Below are positions 49,860 through 59,123 of a stretch of 64,000 nucleotides of DNA, piece after piece. Location of the stretch: assembly GCA_044376115.1 (NCBI GenBank), contig JBILLK010000010.1, positions 64,001-128,000 on the forward strand, read 5' to 3'. The notes under the pieces are model-generated. The model did not search any database, was not told where the DNA came from, and saw only the letters and a list, made by a program, of their open reading frames with translations. The stretch is from Polyangiaceae bacterium. Its GTDB lineage: Bacteria; Myxococcota_A; Polyangia; Polyangiales; Polyangiaceae. The position numbers and the translations under genes were made by a program. Each line of letters starts with the position of its first letter. Position 1 is the stretch's first letter.

Positions 49860-50621
49860 CTAACGAACTCGACGGAAGCCCTCCGCCTCTTGCTCGGCGA
49901 TGAGCCGCGTAACCTCCTGCACCGGATTTGTGCAGCTGCGTTCACGGTACAGCGGGTCTTCCACGTCTCCGATGCGCAGCTGGTAGGTACTGCGCCTCGC
50001 GCGAATGGCCCAAGCGCTGCCATCGTCGTGCCGCAGCTCCACCCAGGCCGAATCCCCGGCGTGAAAACGAGCCGGCGCGCGCCGCTCAGCGTCCTCCTTT
50101 GGCAGCGGGATCACGACCGCTGCTTTACGCTCCGTGGCCCAGTGCACGCAGCCTGAAGCCAGGTCACGCGGTGGTACCAGATCAAGCACTGCGAGCATCG
50201 CCTCGAGCCAATCGTCGAGCGACGGGAACACCTGCCAATCCTCCCCGCCCTTGAAGTCGAAGGCCACGACCTGCCCTGCTGGACCGCCAAAACACTCCTC
50301 GGGTGCATAGGCGAATTGCAGGTGCGAGTTGTCGTCCGCCAGCGGCAGCCAGCTGGCTGACCACAAAGCGTGAGAGAAGTTGCCGCCTCCGGCTTGATAC
50401 TCGGCGGCTAGCTTGTCCCAATGGGCCTTCTCGACCACCCAATCGGCGGGAGAGTTGAGCCGTAGATCCCGCACTGCACGAAAGCCTGCAATCGCGCGCA
50501 AGAAGCGCTCGTAGTCCTCTGGGAGGGAGCCACCAGCAACCTCGGTAGGAACGCGCGACTCCACCGGCGAGGCTGTCTCGATTGCGCTAACAAACCTCTT
50601 CAGCAGCCGCTCACTCAGCAC
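49860..50621 (-). CDS. SMI1/KNR4 (SUKH) family protein with WGR-like C-terminus
   Basis: LPEDYERFL, WSASWLPLADD, GQVV and SLDDWLE; C-terminus LIAEQEAEGF. Confidence 0.65.
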   Translation of the reverse strand: MLSERLLKRFVSAIETASPVESRVPTEVAGGSLPEDYERFLRAIAGFRAVRDLRLNSPADWVVEKAHWDKLAAEYQAGGGNFSHALWSASWLPLADDNSHLQFAYAPEECFGGPAGQVVAFDFKGGEDWQVFPSLDDWLEAMLAVLDLVPPRDLASGCVHWATERKAAVVIPLPKEDAERRAPARFHAGDSAWVELRHDDGSAWAIRARRSTYQLRIGDVEDPLYRERSCTNPVQEVTRLIAEQEAEGFRRVR

Positions 50622-50732
50622 CTGGGGAAGTTGCCGCCCTTAGCTGCACAAGTCAACGAAGTCGAAGTAATTGGCTCAATTGGCGCCCCGGACTCAGCTG
50701 GGCCGCCGGAGGCGAGGCAGCGATCGGTGCAG

Positions 50733-50942
50733 TCAAGGTGCTGGAGACGCCGCGGGTGCCACGCCAGACGCTGAGGGGACGGCAACTGGCTCGGCTGACG
50801 ACAACTCAAGCGGTGGCGGATTCATGTGGCATTCCGGCGGCTCGCACGCTCCGCTCGCCCCTCCGCAACCCGGAAGAGCTGAGAGCGTGACGACAAAAGA
50901 CGCCGCGAGCTTACGAGCGCGTTGCTTGGACCGCTGTTTCAT
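50733..50942 (-). CDS. Small putative lipoprotein with CHMNPPP motif
   Basis: Basic N-region, hydrophobic core, LPGC lipobox and Pro/Ala-rich tail. Confidence 0.5.
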   Translation of the reverse strand: MKQRSKQRARKLAASFVVTLSALPGCGGASGACEPPECHMNPPPLELSSAEPVAVPSASGVAPAASPAP

Positions 50943-51008
50943 CGCGCCATGCTTTCATAGCCAAACAGGCTCTTACAAACGAATCGATCGAGCTTTCTTT
51001 CGAGTGAA

Positions 51009-51046
51009 TTGATAACGCCAGCCGTGGCCTTGATACTTCGTTGAGA
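51009..51046 (+). promoter_or_regulatory. Phased TTGA(T/G)A direct repeats, candidate KdpE-type site
   Basis: TTGATA at 51009 and 51030, TTGAGA at 51041; same motif as upstream of kdp. Confidence 0.55.
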
Positions 51047-51069
51047 CCGGGCTCACTAGCGTTTGGGCC

Positions 51070-52683
51070 GTGAACTCATCGACCGCAATCGCTTGCAGCG
51101 TCCTGTTGCTCCTAACCGCCAAAGAAGCCCAAGCTCAGCCGACCGTTGCCCCGCCCGTCGAACAACAGGCGGGAGCGGCAATGCCCGCAACTACCGAAAT
51201 CGATCTTGCGGCGCTGGAGAAGCGCCTGCGCGAGCTCGAGCAGCGCGCGACCGCGGCTGAAGCGCGCGAGAAGGCGACACTCGAGCGCGTCGCAGCCCTC
51301 GACAGTGAGCAAAAAGCGTTGGGAGAGTCCGAGCGTCAACGTGCCCAGGAAGAAGCCAAAGCGAAAGAGGCTGCCGGCCGCAAAGCCAAGGACTTTACCC
51401 CCGAGAAGGTGCCATTCTCCTTTGGCGACTTCAGTTGGGTTCCCGGCGGCTACGGCTCCTCGGATAGACCGTTTGCGCTCGGTCCCTTTACAGGTGAGTT
51501 TCGCGTCGACGGCGTCTATCACTACAGCTTCAACGAGCCCGTGGACAACACCATCTCTGGCTCGAGCGAGGTGTTTCGCCACAACGAATTTCAGGTCACC
51601 CAGCTCGGTATCGGCGGGGATTTTTACTACAAAGGCGTTCACGGCCGACTGATGACACAGTTTGGCATGTATTCGCAAACGACGGCCCGCAACGACGCGA
51701 GCGCTGCGCGGGGGCAGTGGAACCTTGACGACGCCTATCGTTACCTATCCGAGGCGTATGGTGGTTATCACATTGACGCTTTGGATGGCATCAACCTACA
51801 GGCCGGCATCTTCATGTCTTACGTAGGGCTTTGGAGCTACTACAACTTTGACAACTGGACCTATCAACCAAGCTACGTATCCTCCAATACACCTTGGTTC
51901 TTCAACGGCATTCGAGCTCAGTTCTTCGTCAATGAGCATGTGAAGATTGAGCCTTGGATCGTCAATGGCTGGCAAGCCTATGGCAAGTTCAATCAAGCGC
52001 CTGGCTTCGGGCTCCAGGTGTTGTGGCGGCCTACGGAATGGTTGTCGATTCTCGGCAATCAGTACATTGGGACAGATCAGCTCGGGCTGCCGGATCGATT
52101 TCGTATTCATACGGATGACAGCGTGATGGTTCGCTACTTCGAGAACAAAGGCGGCGCACTCTCACGCGCCGCGGCCTCGCTGACGGTTGATGCTGGTTGC
52201 GAGTGGGGCGGCGAGGGTACCGCCGTAGCGCCTGATGGTTCCGAGCGTTCACTCGACGTCTCTTGCGGAGATCAGTTCTTCGTCGGCTTCATGGCCTATA
52301 ACCGACTTTGGTTTGCCGACGATTTGCTTGGCTTGACTGTCGGTGGCGGCGCCATTCGTAACCCTGGTCGTTACCTCGTACTCATCCCCCCGGTTAACGG
52401 CGCTACAGGCTATTCGGGCACACCACACTTCACGGCGCTTCCCGGCGATTCTTACGACGCCTGGGATATGCAGATAGCGGGCGACGTCATGCCCAACTCC
52501 TTCGTAACGTTGCGCCTCGAATTCAATCACCGCGCGTCGAGCGTTCCGTACTTCTCAGGTCCGGGCGGCGTTACTCCGCCCGGTGGCAACCAGGGCGGCG
52601 CTGGCTCACTGGTCGAAGGCTGGCAGCCCGATCTAGTGAAGACGGAGGACCGGCTGAGCGGTGCCGTCATGGTCAAGCTGTAA
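51070..52683 (+). CDS. Outer-membrane beta-barrel protein (putative porin) with N-terminal coiled coil
   Basis: Signal peptide, coiled coil, aromatic-rich alternating beta strands (EAYGGYH, AGIFMSYVG, NTPWFFNG) and C-terminal AVMVKL. Confidence 0.8.
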   Translation: MNSSTAIACSVLLLLTAKEAQAQPTVAPPVEQQAGAAMPATTEIDLAALEKRLRELEQRATAAEAREKATLERVAALDSEQKALGESERQRAQEEAKAKEAAGRKAKDFTPEKVPFSFGDFSWVPGGYGSSDRPFALGPFTGEFRVDGVYHYSFNEPVDNTISGSSEVFRHNEFQVTQLGIGGDFYYKGVHGRLMTQFGMYSQTTARNDASAARGQWNLDDAYRYLSEAYGGYHIDALDGINLQAGIFMSYVGLWSYYNFDNWTYQPSYVSSNTPWFFNGIRAQFFVNEHVKIEPWIVNGWQAYGKFNQAPGFGLQVLWRPTEWLSILGNQYIGTDQLGLPDRFRIHTDDSVMVRYFENKGGALSRAAASLTVDAGCEWGGEGTAVAPDGSERSLDVSCGDQFFVGFMAYNRLWFADDLLGLTVGGGAIRNPGRYLVLIPPVNGATGYSGTPHFTALPGDSYDAWDMQIAGDVMPNSFVTLRLEFNHRASSVPYFSGPGGVTPPGGNQGGAGSLVEGWQPDLVKTEDRLSGAVMVKL

Positions 52684-52763
52684 TAGCCCCAGCACGCGGA
52701 CGAGCGCGCTGCTCACTTTGAGCTTCCGCCGTCTGAGCAGGCACGGGCTATAGTGACGCCCCG

Positions 52764-53417
52764 ATGAGCGCTCCGAAGCAGCTGACGCTGGTGGGCTATG
52801 GCTGGCACTTCGTCCCGCGCATCCCGTTCGAGTTGGGCCGACTGGCTTCGGGGGACGTGGTGGTGGTTCATCACGCCCAGCCCAGGCTTCCGAAGCTGCG
52901 GCTGCAGCCCTATGAGCAGGGCGTTCGCGTCGCGCTTGGCCCTGGTACCCAGAGTGCCGACGAGGTCGTGGATGACTACGTCGATGGACAAGCACCGGAG
53001 GGCCCTGATTGGTCGCTAGGGTTCCAGGCCGGGTACCTCATGCCTTGGCCGCTCGGCACGAGTGTTTGGTCAACCAAGGATCACGTCGATTGGCCCGTGG
53101 AGCTCACGTTACAAGGTAGCCAGCGGGACGAGATGCTCTACGTGCAAGGTCCTTTCGAGCGAAAGCGCAGCGTGGTGCTCTCCGGACTTGTCGGTCCAGG
53201 GATGGAACTCGCTTCAGCCGCTGAGTGGAGCGCAGCCTCGGGTCGCGTCGAGTCGATCGTAATGCGACATTGGATCGAGCAGCGTGAGTGGCGCCAATAG
53301 CGATGTCTCGTGCCGCTCGGTGACGAGTTCGACCTGCTCGTGACCGCCCAAGCAACGCTGGCGAACGAGCAACGCATGCGATCGATCGTTGAACTTGTGG
53401 CGGCTGGGATTCGCTGA
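52764..53417 (+). pseudogene. Hypothetical protein apparently interrupted by an in-frame TAG at 53298-53300
   Basis: The frame continues WRQ*RCLVPLGDEFDLLVTAQATLANEQRMRSIVELVAAGIR to TGA at 53417. Confidence 0.5.
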
Positions 53418-53474
53418 GCCGCCGGAGCCAAGTCGCGATACACTGCTCGGCTTGTGTCACGGGGGAATGGGGCT

Positions 53475-54068
53475 GTGAGCGAACAACCTTTGGAAGCCAA
53501 GGGAGTGATCTTTTTGTCGATGCTGGAGGCCGTCGCCGAGGTGGATGGCCACGACGCGCGAAACCGCGTCGTCGCAGCATTGCAAGGCCCACTTGGCGAG
53601 GCATTGCGTTCGGGCGCCGTTACGCGAGTGGGCTGGTATCCGATTGCTTGGTACGGCGTGCTGCACGAAGCAATGCAGAGAGAGCTCCGAGGTGGGCACG
53701 AGAAGGTTCGCTTGCTCGGTCGCAAGTCGACGTAGATCGACACACGTGGCCTGCTTCGTTATGTGCTGGCGCTTTCTACGCCGAACCTCTTATTCCGCTA
53801 CGGCTCCAAGATCTTCGGCTCGTACCTGCGTGGTGGGGAGGTCTTTTCCGAGCACGGCGACGGCGCTGCCGAACTTCGCTTCACCAACATGAGTGAAGCG
53901 CCTGACGTCATGTTCGTCGAGTGGCAGGGCGGCATCGCGAGCTTGCTCGAGCACGCAGGAGCGCGCAACGTCGTGGTTCACCCCGCGGTGCGCAAACGCT
54001 CCCATCCCCTGCAACTGCCAAGTAGCGCCCCCGGCGACCTTGTATCCATACGCGTAAACTGGGAGTAA
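53475..54068 (+). pseudogene. DUF2378-like myxobacterial protein interrupted by an in-frame TAG at 53733-53735
   Basis: AKGVIF..GWYPIAWY..RKST*IDTRGLLRYVLALSTP..W.GGI..LLE.AGARNV; both ORF fragments are in the same frame. Confidence 0.65.
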
Positions 54069-54157
54069 CGCGCTGAGTTGAGCCGAGCGAGGGCAGCCTT
54101 TCGCGTGCACTTTCAGCGTGCCGTCGGAACCAGCCCGTTGGCCTTTCGCAAAGCGTT

Positions 54158-54544
54158 TCAGCCTTCCGGCTGACTCAAGGGCACACAGCCGTTGCCGTCC
54201 CAACAGGCGTCGCCCGCGTCGGGAGAGCAGCAGCCACCTTGCTCCGAAAGGCCGCCAGCGCAAGGCGCGTAAAGCAGCTGGTCTTGCGCAAGGCACACTT
54301 CCACCAGTGCGTCAGGATCGCTAACACAGCGCTCCCCGTCCCAGCACTCACCAGGCTCGCTGCAAACACAACCTGGGCCATTGGAATGCGTACAAACCGT
54401 AAGGTCGCAGTGGTCGAAACTGCCACCGCAGTCGCCCCCGCTCCAATCGGCACCACCGGCCTCACAGATCTCCTGTTCCGAGGGGGCCACAACCTCGCTG
54501 CCGCAGGCCGTTAGCGTAAGCGCGCCAACGGTCACAATACCCAT
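54158..54544 (-). CDS. Small Cys-rich lipoprotein
   Basis: Lipobox LTAC; internal repeat CWDGERCV / CWDGNGCV. Confidence 0.6.
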   Translation of the reverse strand: MGIVTVGALTLTACGSEVVAPSEQEICEAGGADWSGGDCGGSFDHCDLTVCTHSNGPGCVCSEPGECWDGERCVSDPDALVEVCLAQDQLLYAPCAGGLSEQGGCCSPDAGDACWDGNGCVPLSQPEG

Positions 54545-54570
54545 TACGTTGGTACGACTGAGGCTCACCA

Positions 54571-55497
54571 TCACAACCCCAAGAAGAAGGAGCGAATGCC
54601 AACCCCAGCGAAGCGTGGCCATTCATGACCGCCCGAGTGTTCACACCACATTACGGGCTCGCTGCACCCTTCATAACTGACGCACGGCGAAGGTTCACTG
54701 GGAGCGCTAGGCGCGGCGGCACAACCGTTTGCCTCGAGCCAGTGCTCTCGACTGTTGAGCCCGTTCTCGATGGGAACATCGCTATCGGCGGAGCCGTGCA
54801 CCAGCATCGCAGCCACCGAGCCGGTGCACTCTCCTGCCCACGGTCCGCCCCCTGCCACCGGTGCAATGGCGCGGAAGAGCTCCGGCCGGTAGCAACCGAG
54901 ATGGTTGGAGAAGGAGGCGCCATGACTGTGCCCCGCAGCAAAGACGCGCGCAGGGTCAATGCAGTGTTCGGCGCTCAGCTTGGCTACCAGCGCATCAATG
55001 AAGGCGACGTCCACCCCGTCTACCGTCATATCCCACCCGATACCGCCGTTCTGATCGGGCAGCGGCAAGGCCTGCGGATAGGCGTATACCGCGGCCTCGG
55101 TTCCGGTGAGATTAAAGTATTGGCTGGCCGCATCACCGGTACCACCAAAGCCGTGAAAGCCGAAGATCAGCGGAACAGCGGTCGAACCATCGAGCGCAAC
55201 AGGAATAGCGAGTACATAACTTCGGCTCGCACCGTTTACCTCGAGCGTCTGCGTTGTTGTCCCCGCGGCCGAGACCAAGCCAGCGCACGAAGGGCCATTG
55301 CCTCCACCACCGCTGCCTGGCGCCCCGCCATTGGCGGAACCACCGGCTCCCCCGCTAGAGGAAGGAGATGCGCCCGAACCATCGCTTCCTCCCGCATCCC
55401 CCGCTCCCGAAGCTCCAGCCCCGGCCTCACCGCTCGAGCCAGCATCGCCACATGCCGACAGCAACAGCACACTGCCAACGAGCCAAACACTACGCAT
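54571..55497 (-). CDS. Lipoprotein alpha/beta-hydrolase (PHB depolymerase/LpqC/feruloyl esterase-like)
   Basis: Lipobox LSAC, FHGFGG, DVAFID, GHSHG nucleophile elbow, HGSAD and GGHEWP. Confidence 0.85.
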   Translation of the reverse strand: MRSVWLVGSVLLLSACGDAGSSGEAGAGASGAGDAGGSDGSGASPSSSGGAGGSANGGAPGSGGGGNGPSCAGLVSAAGTTTQTLEVNGASRSYVLAIPVALDGSTAVPLIFGFHGFGGTGDAASQYFNLTGTEAAVYAYPQALPLPDQNGGIGWDMTVDGVDVAFIDALVAKLSAEHCIDPARVFAAGHSHGASFSNHLGCYRPELFRAIAPVAGGGPWAGECTGSVAAMLVHGSADSDVPIENGLNSREHWLEANGCAAAPSAPSEPSPCVSYEGCSEPVMWCEHSGGHEWPRFAGVGIRSFFLGL

Positions 55498-55590
55498 GGC
55501 TCAATGCTCGCAGTCGAGGCGCCAAAACTCCAGCGTGGCGAGGGTGCTTTGAACAAGGTTGAACCTTGCGCGCCTAGCTCGAACGCTAGC

Positions 55591-55917
55591 TCATCGCGCG
55601 CTCGGAGCGGATGGCGCGGTCTCCGGCGTGGCACGAATTGCATCGTAAGCGCCCTCGAAAGCTGCCTTGGTCTCAGACCAAAATTTGTCGACGCCAGTGA
55701 CAAATTCGTCCCACTTGTCGTCGGTTGCCTCAGCCATTTCGACAAGTTTGGTACGCGCGTGCTCCAGTTGCTTCTTCACACCCTCGAGGTGAGGCTGCGC
55801 GGCGATCTTTGCGTCCGCGGTGAGTTTGTCTTGATGGGCGGAGAGCTCCTCCAGTTTGGCGGACCACTCGTGAAGTTGGGCTTGGTACTTGTCTCGGTAA
55901 AGCTCGCGCTTGGTCAT
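55591..55917 (-). CDS. Small coiled-coil protein (sll1863-like)
   Basis: AAGGAG RBS; YRDKYQAQLHEWSAKLEEL...WDEFVTGVDKFW. Confidence 0.7.
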   Translation of the reverse strand: MTKRELYRDKYQAQLHEWSAKLEELSAHQDKLTADAKIAAQPHLEGVKKQLEHARTKLVEMAEATDDKWDEFVTGVDKFWSETKAAFEGAYDAIRATPETAPSAPSAR

Positions 55918-56007
55918 GGTGCTCTCCTTGGGCATGGTGCCCAGCTCCACCAAGCAACTTTGGGTCCAGCAAGCGTGTGCCGAGGAAGCGGCGTAAGCTG
56001 CGCAGCC

Positions 56008-56595
56008 GTGAGTGTTTCGGGCTTCTTCTCCTTGCCGCTTTGGAGCCGCGTTGCGATCGGCGTGATTGTCCTGAGCGTGGCCGCCGGCGCGGGAGCCTTG
56101 ATAGAGAGCCACAAACACAAGGGTCAACGCCTGTCCACGGATCCTGAACCGCTACAGTCGCTGCGTGTGTGTGAGCAGAGTCCTGAGCAACTACAGCGAC
56201 TGCTCGAGCGCAACGCAAGCCAGCTTCGGCTTTGGACAGTCGGCTTGCTTCCACAGGGCCTCGCCGCAACTGGGCAGACCAAAGACGGCCGCTTGGTATC
56301 GTTGTTCTGTGCTGCACCGCTGGAGTCCTGCGTAAGCACCGCTGTGCCGCAACAACCACCCGTTGCACTCGTCCGGGGGTTCGACACGACCGAGATTCCG
56401 TGGGAACAACTTGCTTCACACTGCGCCGACGCTGAACGTCGCTTTGCTAACGAGAGTGAACTGCGCGGCAAGGCAGAGAACGTTTTTTTCGCTAGCGAGA
56501 AGTCGAAGACCTGGACCATCGCCGTCAGCGACGGGCGCTCGACCTCCCAATATTGCTACGATACAGGGAGGAACGCCTTCGGCTGTGAGCCATAG
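56008..56595 (+). CDS. Hypothetical membrane-anchored protein
   Basis: 3' part of the long ORF 54625..56595; N-terminal TM followed by a Cys-containing domain; start uncertain. Confidence 0.45.
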   Translation: MSVSGFFSLPLWSRVAIGVIVLSVAAGAGALIESHKHKGQRLSTDPEPLQSLRVCEQSPEQLQRLLERNASQLRLWTVGLLPQGLAATGQTKDGRLVSLFCAAPLESCVSTAVPQQPPVALVRGFDTTEIPWEQLASHCADAERRFANESELRGKAENVFFASEKSKTWTIAVSDGRSTSQYCYDTGRNAFGCEP

Positions 56596-56602
56596 CGAGA
56601 CC

Positions 56603-56956
56603 TCAATAGCGCTCTGCCATCGCTTGGCGATTCCCTGACTGCCAGCGGGAGTAACGCACCACCAGCGCAACGCCACCGAGCGCAAATAACAAAGCGCCTA
56701 CCGCGATGGGTGCCCACAACCAGCCAAACAGCGTGCCCGCGCGCACGGCCGAAAGCAGGGGTACAGCTGTGACAACCGCCGTCACCCCGCCGGTAATGAC
56801 GCAGGCATAGCCTACCACTCGACTGTTATTGGATGGTGCCGACCGAGCCTTGAGTAACAGCACGAACCAGAGGATCCCATTCGGAATGGCGACCGCGATC
56901 GTGAGGACCAAGAGTCCAGCGTAAAGCAGGAACTCTGCCTCCCCACCCAAGCCCAT
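56603..56956 (-). CDS. Small hypothetical membrane protein (about 3 TM)
   Basis: Three hydrophobic segments. Confidence 0.5.
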   Translation of the reverse strand: MGLGGEAEFLLYAGLLVLTIAVAIPNGILWFVLLLKARSAPSNNSRVVGYACVITGGVTAVVTAVPLLSAVRAGTLFGWLWAPIAVGALLFALGGVALVVRYSRWQSGNRQAMAERY

Positions 56957-57117
56957 TCCACCGTTGGCGAATAACGCCGCCGACTGCTGATTAAGGCTCA
57001 CCGAACCTCCTGTTAGACGCCCGTTCGCCAAAGCGAATCCTCAGCAATCGCATGCCTTTGATGGGAGCACGCCCAGATGCAGCGTCAAGCCGGCTTGCCT
57101 GCGGATTCAGCAAGGAG

Positions 57118-57155
57118 TTGATAGTTTCTTGATACCCACGCGGCGTAGCTTGATC
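57118..57155 (+). promoter_or_regulatory. Phased TTGAT(A/C) direct repeats upstream of the kdp operon, candidate KdpE site
   Basis: TTGATA at 57118 and 57129, TTGATC at 57150 (11 and 21 bp apart). Confidence 0.6.
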
Positions 57156-57201
57156 TCGACGATACGGCACCAACGGTAAGACAGCCCGAGGAGCTGATCC
57201 T

Positions 57202-57288
57202 TTGGACTTCGTCTTCATTCTCATTACCTGCGGGTTCTTCCTGCTGAGCTGGGGTTTCGTGCGCTTGTGCGAGAAGGTGTCGTCATGA
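57202..57288 (+). CDS. 28-aa hydrophobic peptide upstream of kdpF ([28 protein letters not shown])
   Basis: GAGGAG RBS, TTG start, single TM; stop overlaps the kdpF ATG (ATGA). Not in the ORF track. Confidence 0.7.
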   Translation: MDFVFILITCGFFLLSWGFVRLCEKVSS

Positions 57289-57377
57289 CGCTGTTGCTCA
57301 TCATCGGCGGCGCCCTCGCAACAGCCTTGCTCGCCTACTTGGGCTTTGCGCTGCTCTACCCCGAGAGGCTCTCATGA
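57285..57377 (+). CDS. kdpF: K+-transporting ATPase subunit F
   Basis: [30 protein letters not shown] with the YL..AL..PER motif; ATGA overlap with kdpA. Not in the ORF track. Confidence 0.88.
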   Translation: MTLLLIIGGALATALLAYLGFALLYPERLS

Positions 57378-59114
57378 CCGCCAATACGTTTCTCCAGCTC
57401 GCTCTATTCCTCGTGCTGCTGGTCGCGCTTGCCGTGCCGCTCGGAGGCTATATGGCGCGCGTGTACAGCGGAGAAGCACACCTTGCGCAACGCATCGTGG
57501 GACCGTTCGAGCGACTACTTTATCGACTCTCGGGCGTTCGCGAAGACGACGAGATGACCTGGAAGCAGTACACCGCCAGCGTCCTTTGCTTCAACCTGCT
57601 CGGCGCGCTGATGGTGTATCTGCTGCAACGCGTTCAGGCCTCCCTACCCCTCAATCCCAACGGGCTCGCGAACGTGCCTCCAGAGGTTTCGTTCAATACC
57701 GCTGTAAGCTTCGCGACCAACACCAACGGCAAGCCTACAGCGGCGAGACGACCATGAGTCATCTGACCCAGATGCTCGGCCTCGCGGTTCAGAACTTCGT
57801 CTCGGCCGCCGTTGGAATGGCGGTGCTGATCGCCTTCATTCGTGGCTTTACGCGCAGCAGCAGCGAGCGGCTCGGCAACTTCTGGGTCGACCTTACGCGC
57901 TCCACTCTTTACGTCCTACTGCCTCTCTCCTTCGTGCTCGCGCTCGCACTCGTTTCGCAGGGTGTCGTTCAAACCTTGAGCGGCACCGCGACGGTGCAGC
58001 TGCTCGACCCGGTATCCACCGAAACCGGTGAAAGCCTCGAGCAGGTGCTAGCGATTGGGCCAGCAGCTTCGCAAATAGCGATCAAGCAGCTGGGGACCAA
58101 CGGCGGCGGCTTCTTCAATGCCAACGCCGCACACCCATTCGAGAACCCAACTCCGCTTGCAAACCTCCTGCAGCTGCTGGCGATATTGCTGATCCCGGCC
58201 GCCCTCTGCTTCACCTTCGGCGCCCTCGTGAAAGACCGCCGCCAAGGCTGGACGGTGTTCGCGGCGATGTTGACGATCTTCATACCGCTGCTCGTGGCCA
58301 CCACCGCCCTCGAGCAGGCAGGGAACCCATTGCTCACCGACGCTGGAGTCGACCAGGCCGCCTCTGCGCTCTCGGCAGGCGGGAACATGGAGGGCAAGGA
58401 GGTTCGCTTCGGCATCACTAACAGCGCGCTTTGGGCCACAGCGACGACCGCGGCGTCCAACGGCTCGGTCAATGCCATGCACGACAGCTTCACGCCACTC
58501 GGCGGTCTCATTCCGCTCTGGCTCATGCAGCTTGGGGAGATCGTCTTTGGGGGTGGCGGTTCAGGCCTTTACGGCATGCTCGTCTACGCCATCTTGTCGG
58601 TATTCATCGCTGGGTTGATGGTCGGCCGCACGCCCGAATACCTCGGTAAAAAGATCGAGGCCCACGAGATGAAGATGGCCTCGCTGGTGATTCTGCTCCC
58701 AGCGGCGGCCACGCTGATTGGCACAGCGATCGCGTGCGTTGCCCCGGCCGGCACAGCAACGCTAGGGAACCCCGGAGCGCACGGGTTCAGTGAGATTCTT
58801 TACGCCTTCTCGTCAGGAGCGAACAACAACGGCTCGGCCTTCGGTGGGTTGACAGCCAGCGGCAGCTTCTACGCCACGGCGATTGGGATTTGATGTTGAT
58901 CGGGCGCTACTGGGTCATTGTCCCAGTGCTCGCCATCGCTGGCTCCCTCGCAAAAAAGAAGCGTATTCCCGCGAGCGCCGGAACGTTGCCGACGCACACG
59001 CCGCTCTTCACCGGGCTCTTGGTTGGAACCATCGTGCTGATCGGAGCACTCACGTTTCTACCTGCGCTCGCGCTCGGTCCCATTGTCGAACACCTCCAGC
59101 TTGCGGGTCGCTGA
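57374..59114 (+). pseudogene. kdpA: K+-transporting ATPase subunit A with two apparent 1-nt deletions (near 57727 and 58892)
   Basis: SFATNTN[W][51 protein letters not shown] and FLPALALGP are spread over three ORF fragments. Confidence 0.88.
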
Positions 59115-59123
59115 AAGACAATC

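Noticed and set aside
54625..56007. 5' two-thirds of the 656-aa ORF
   Set aside because: Antisense to the esterase and coiled-coil genes; only the 3' part is plausibly coding.
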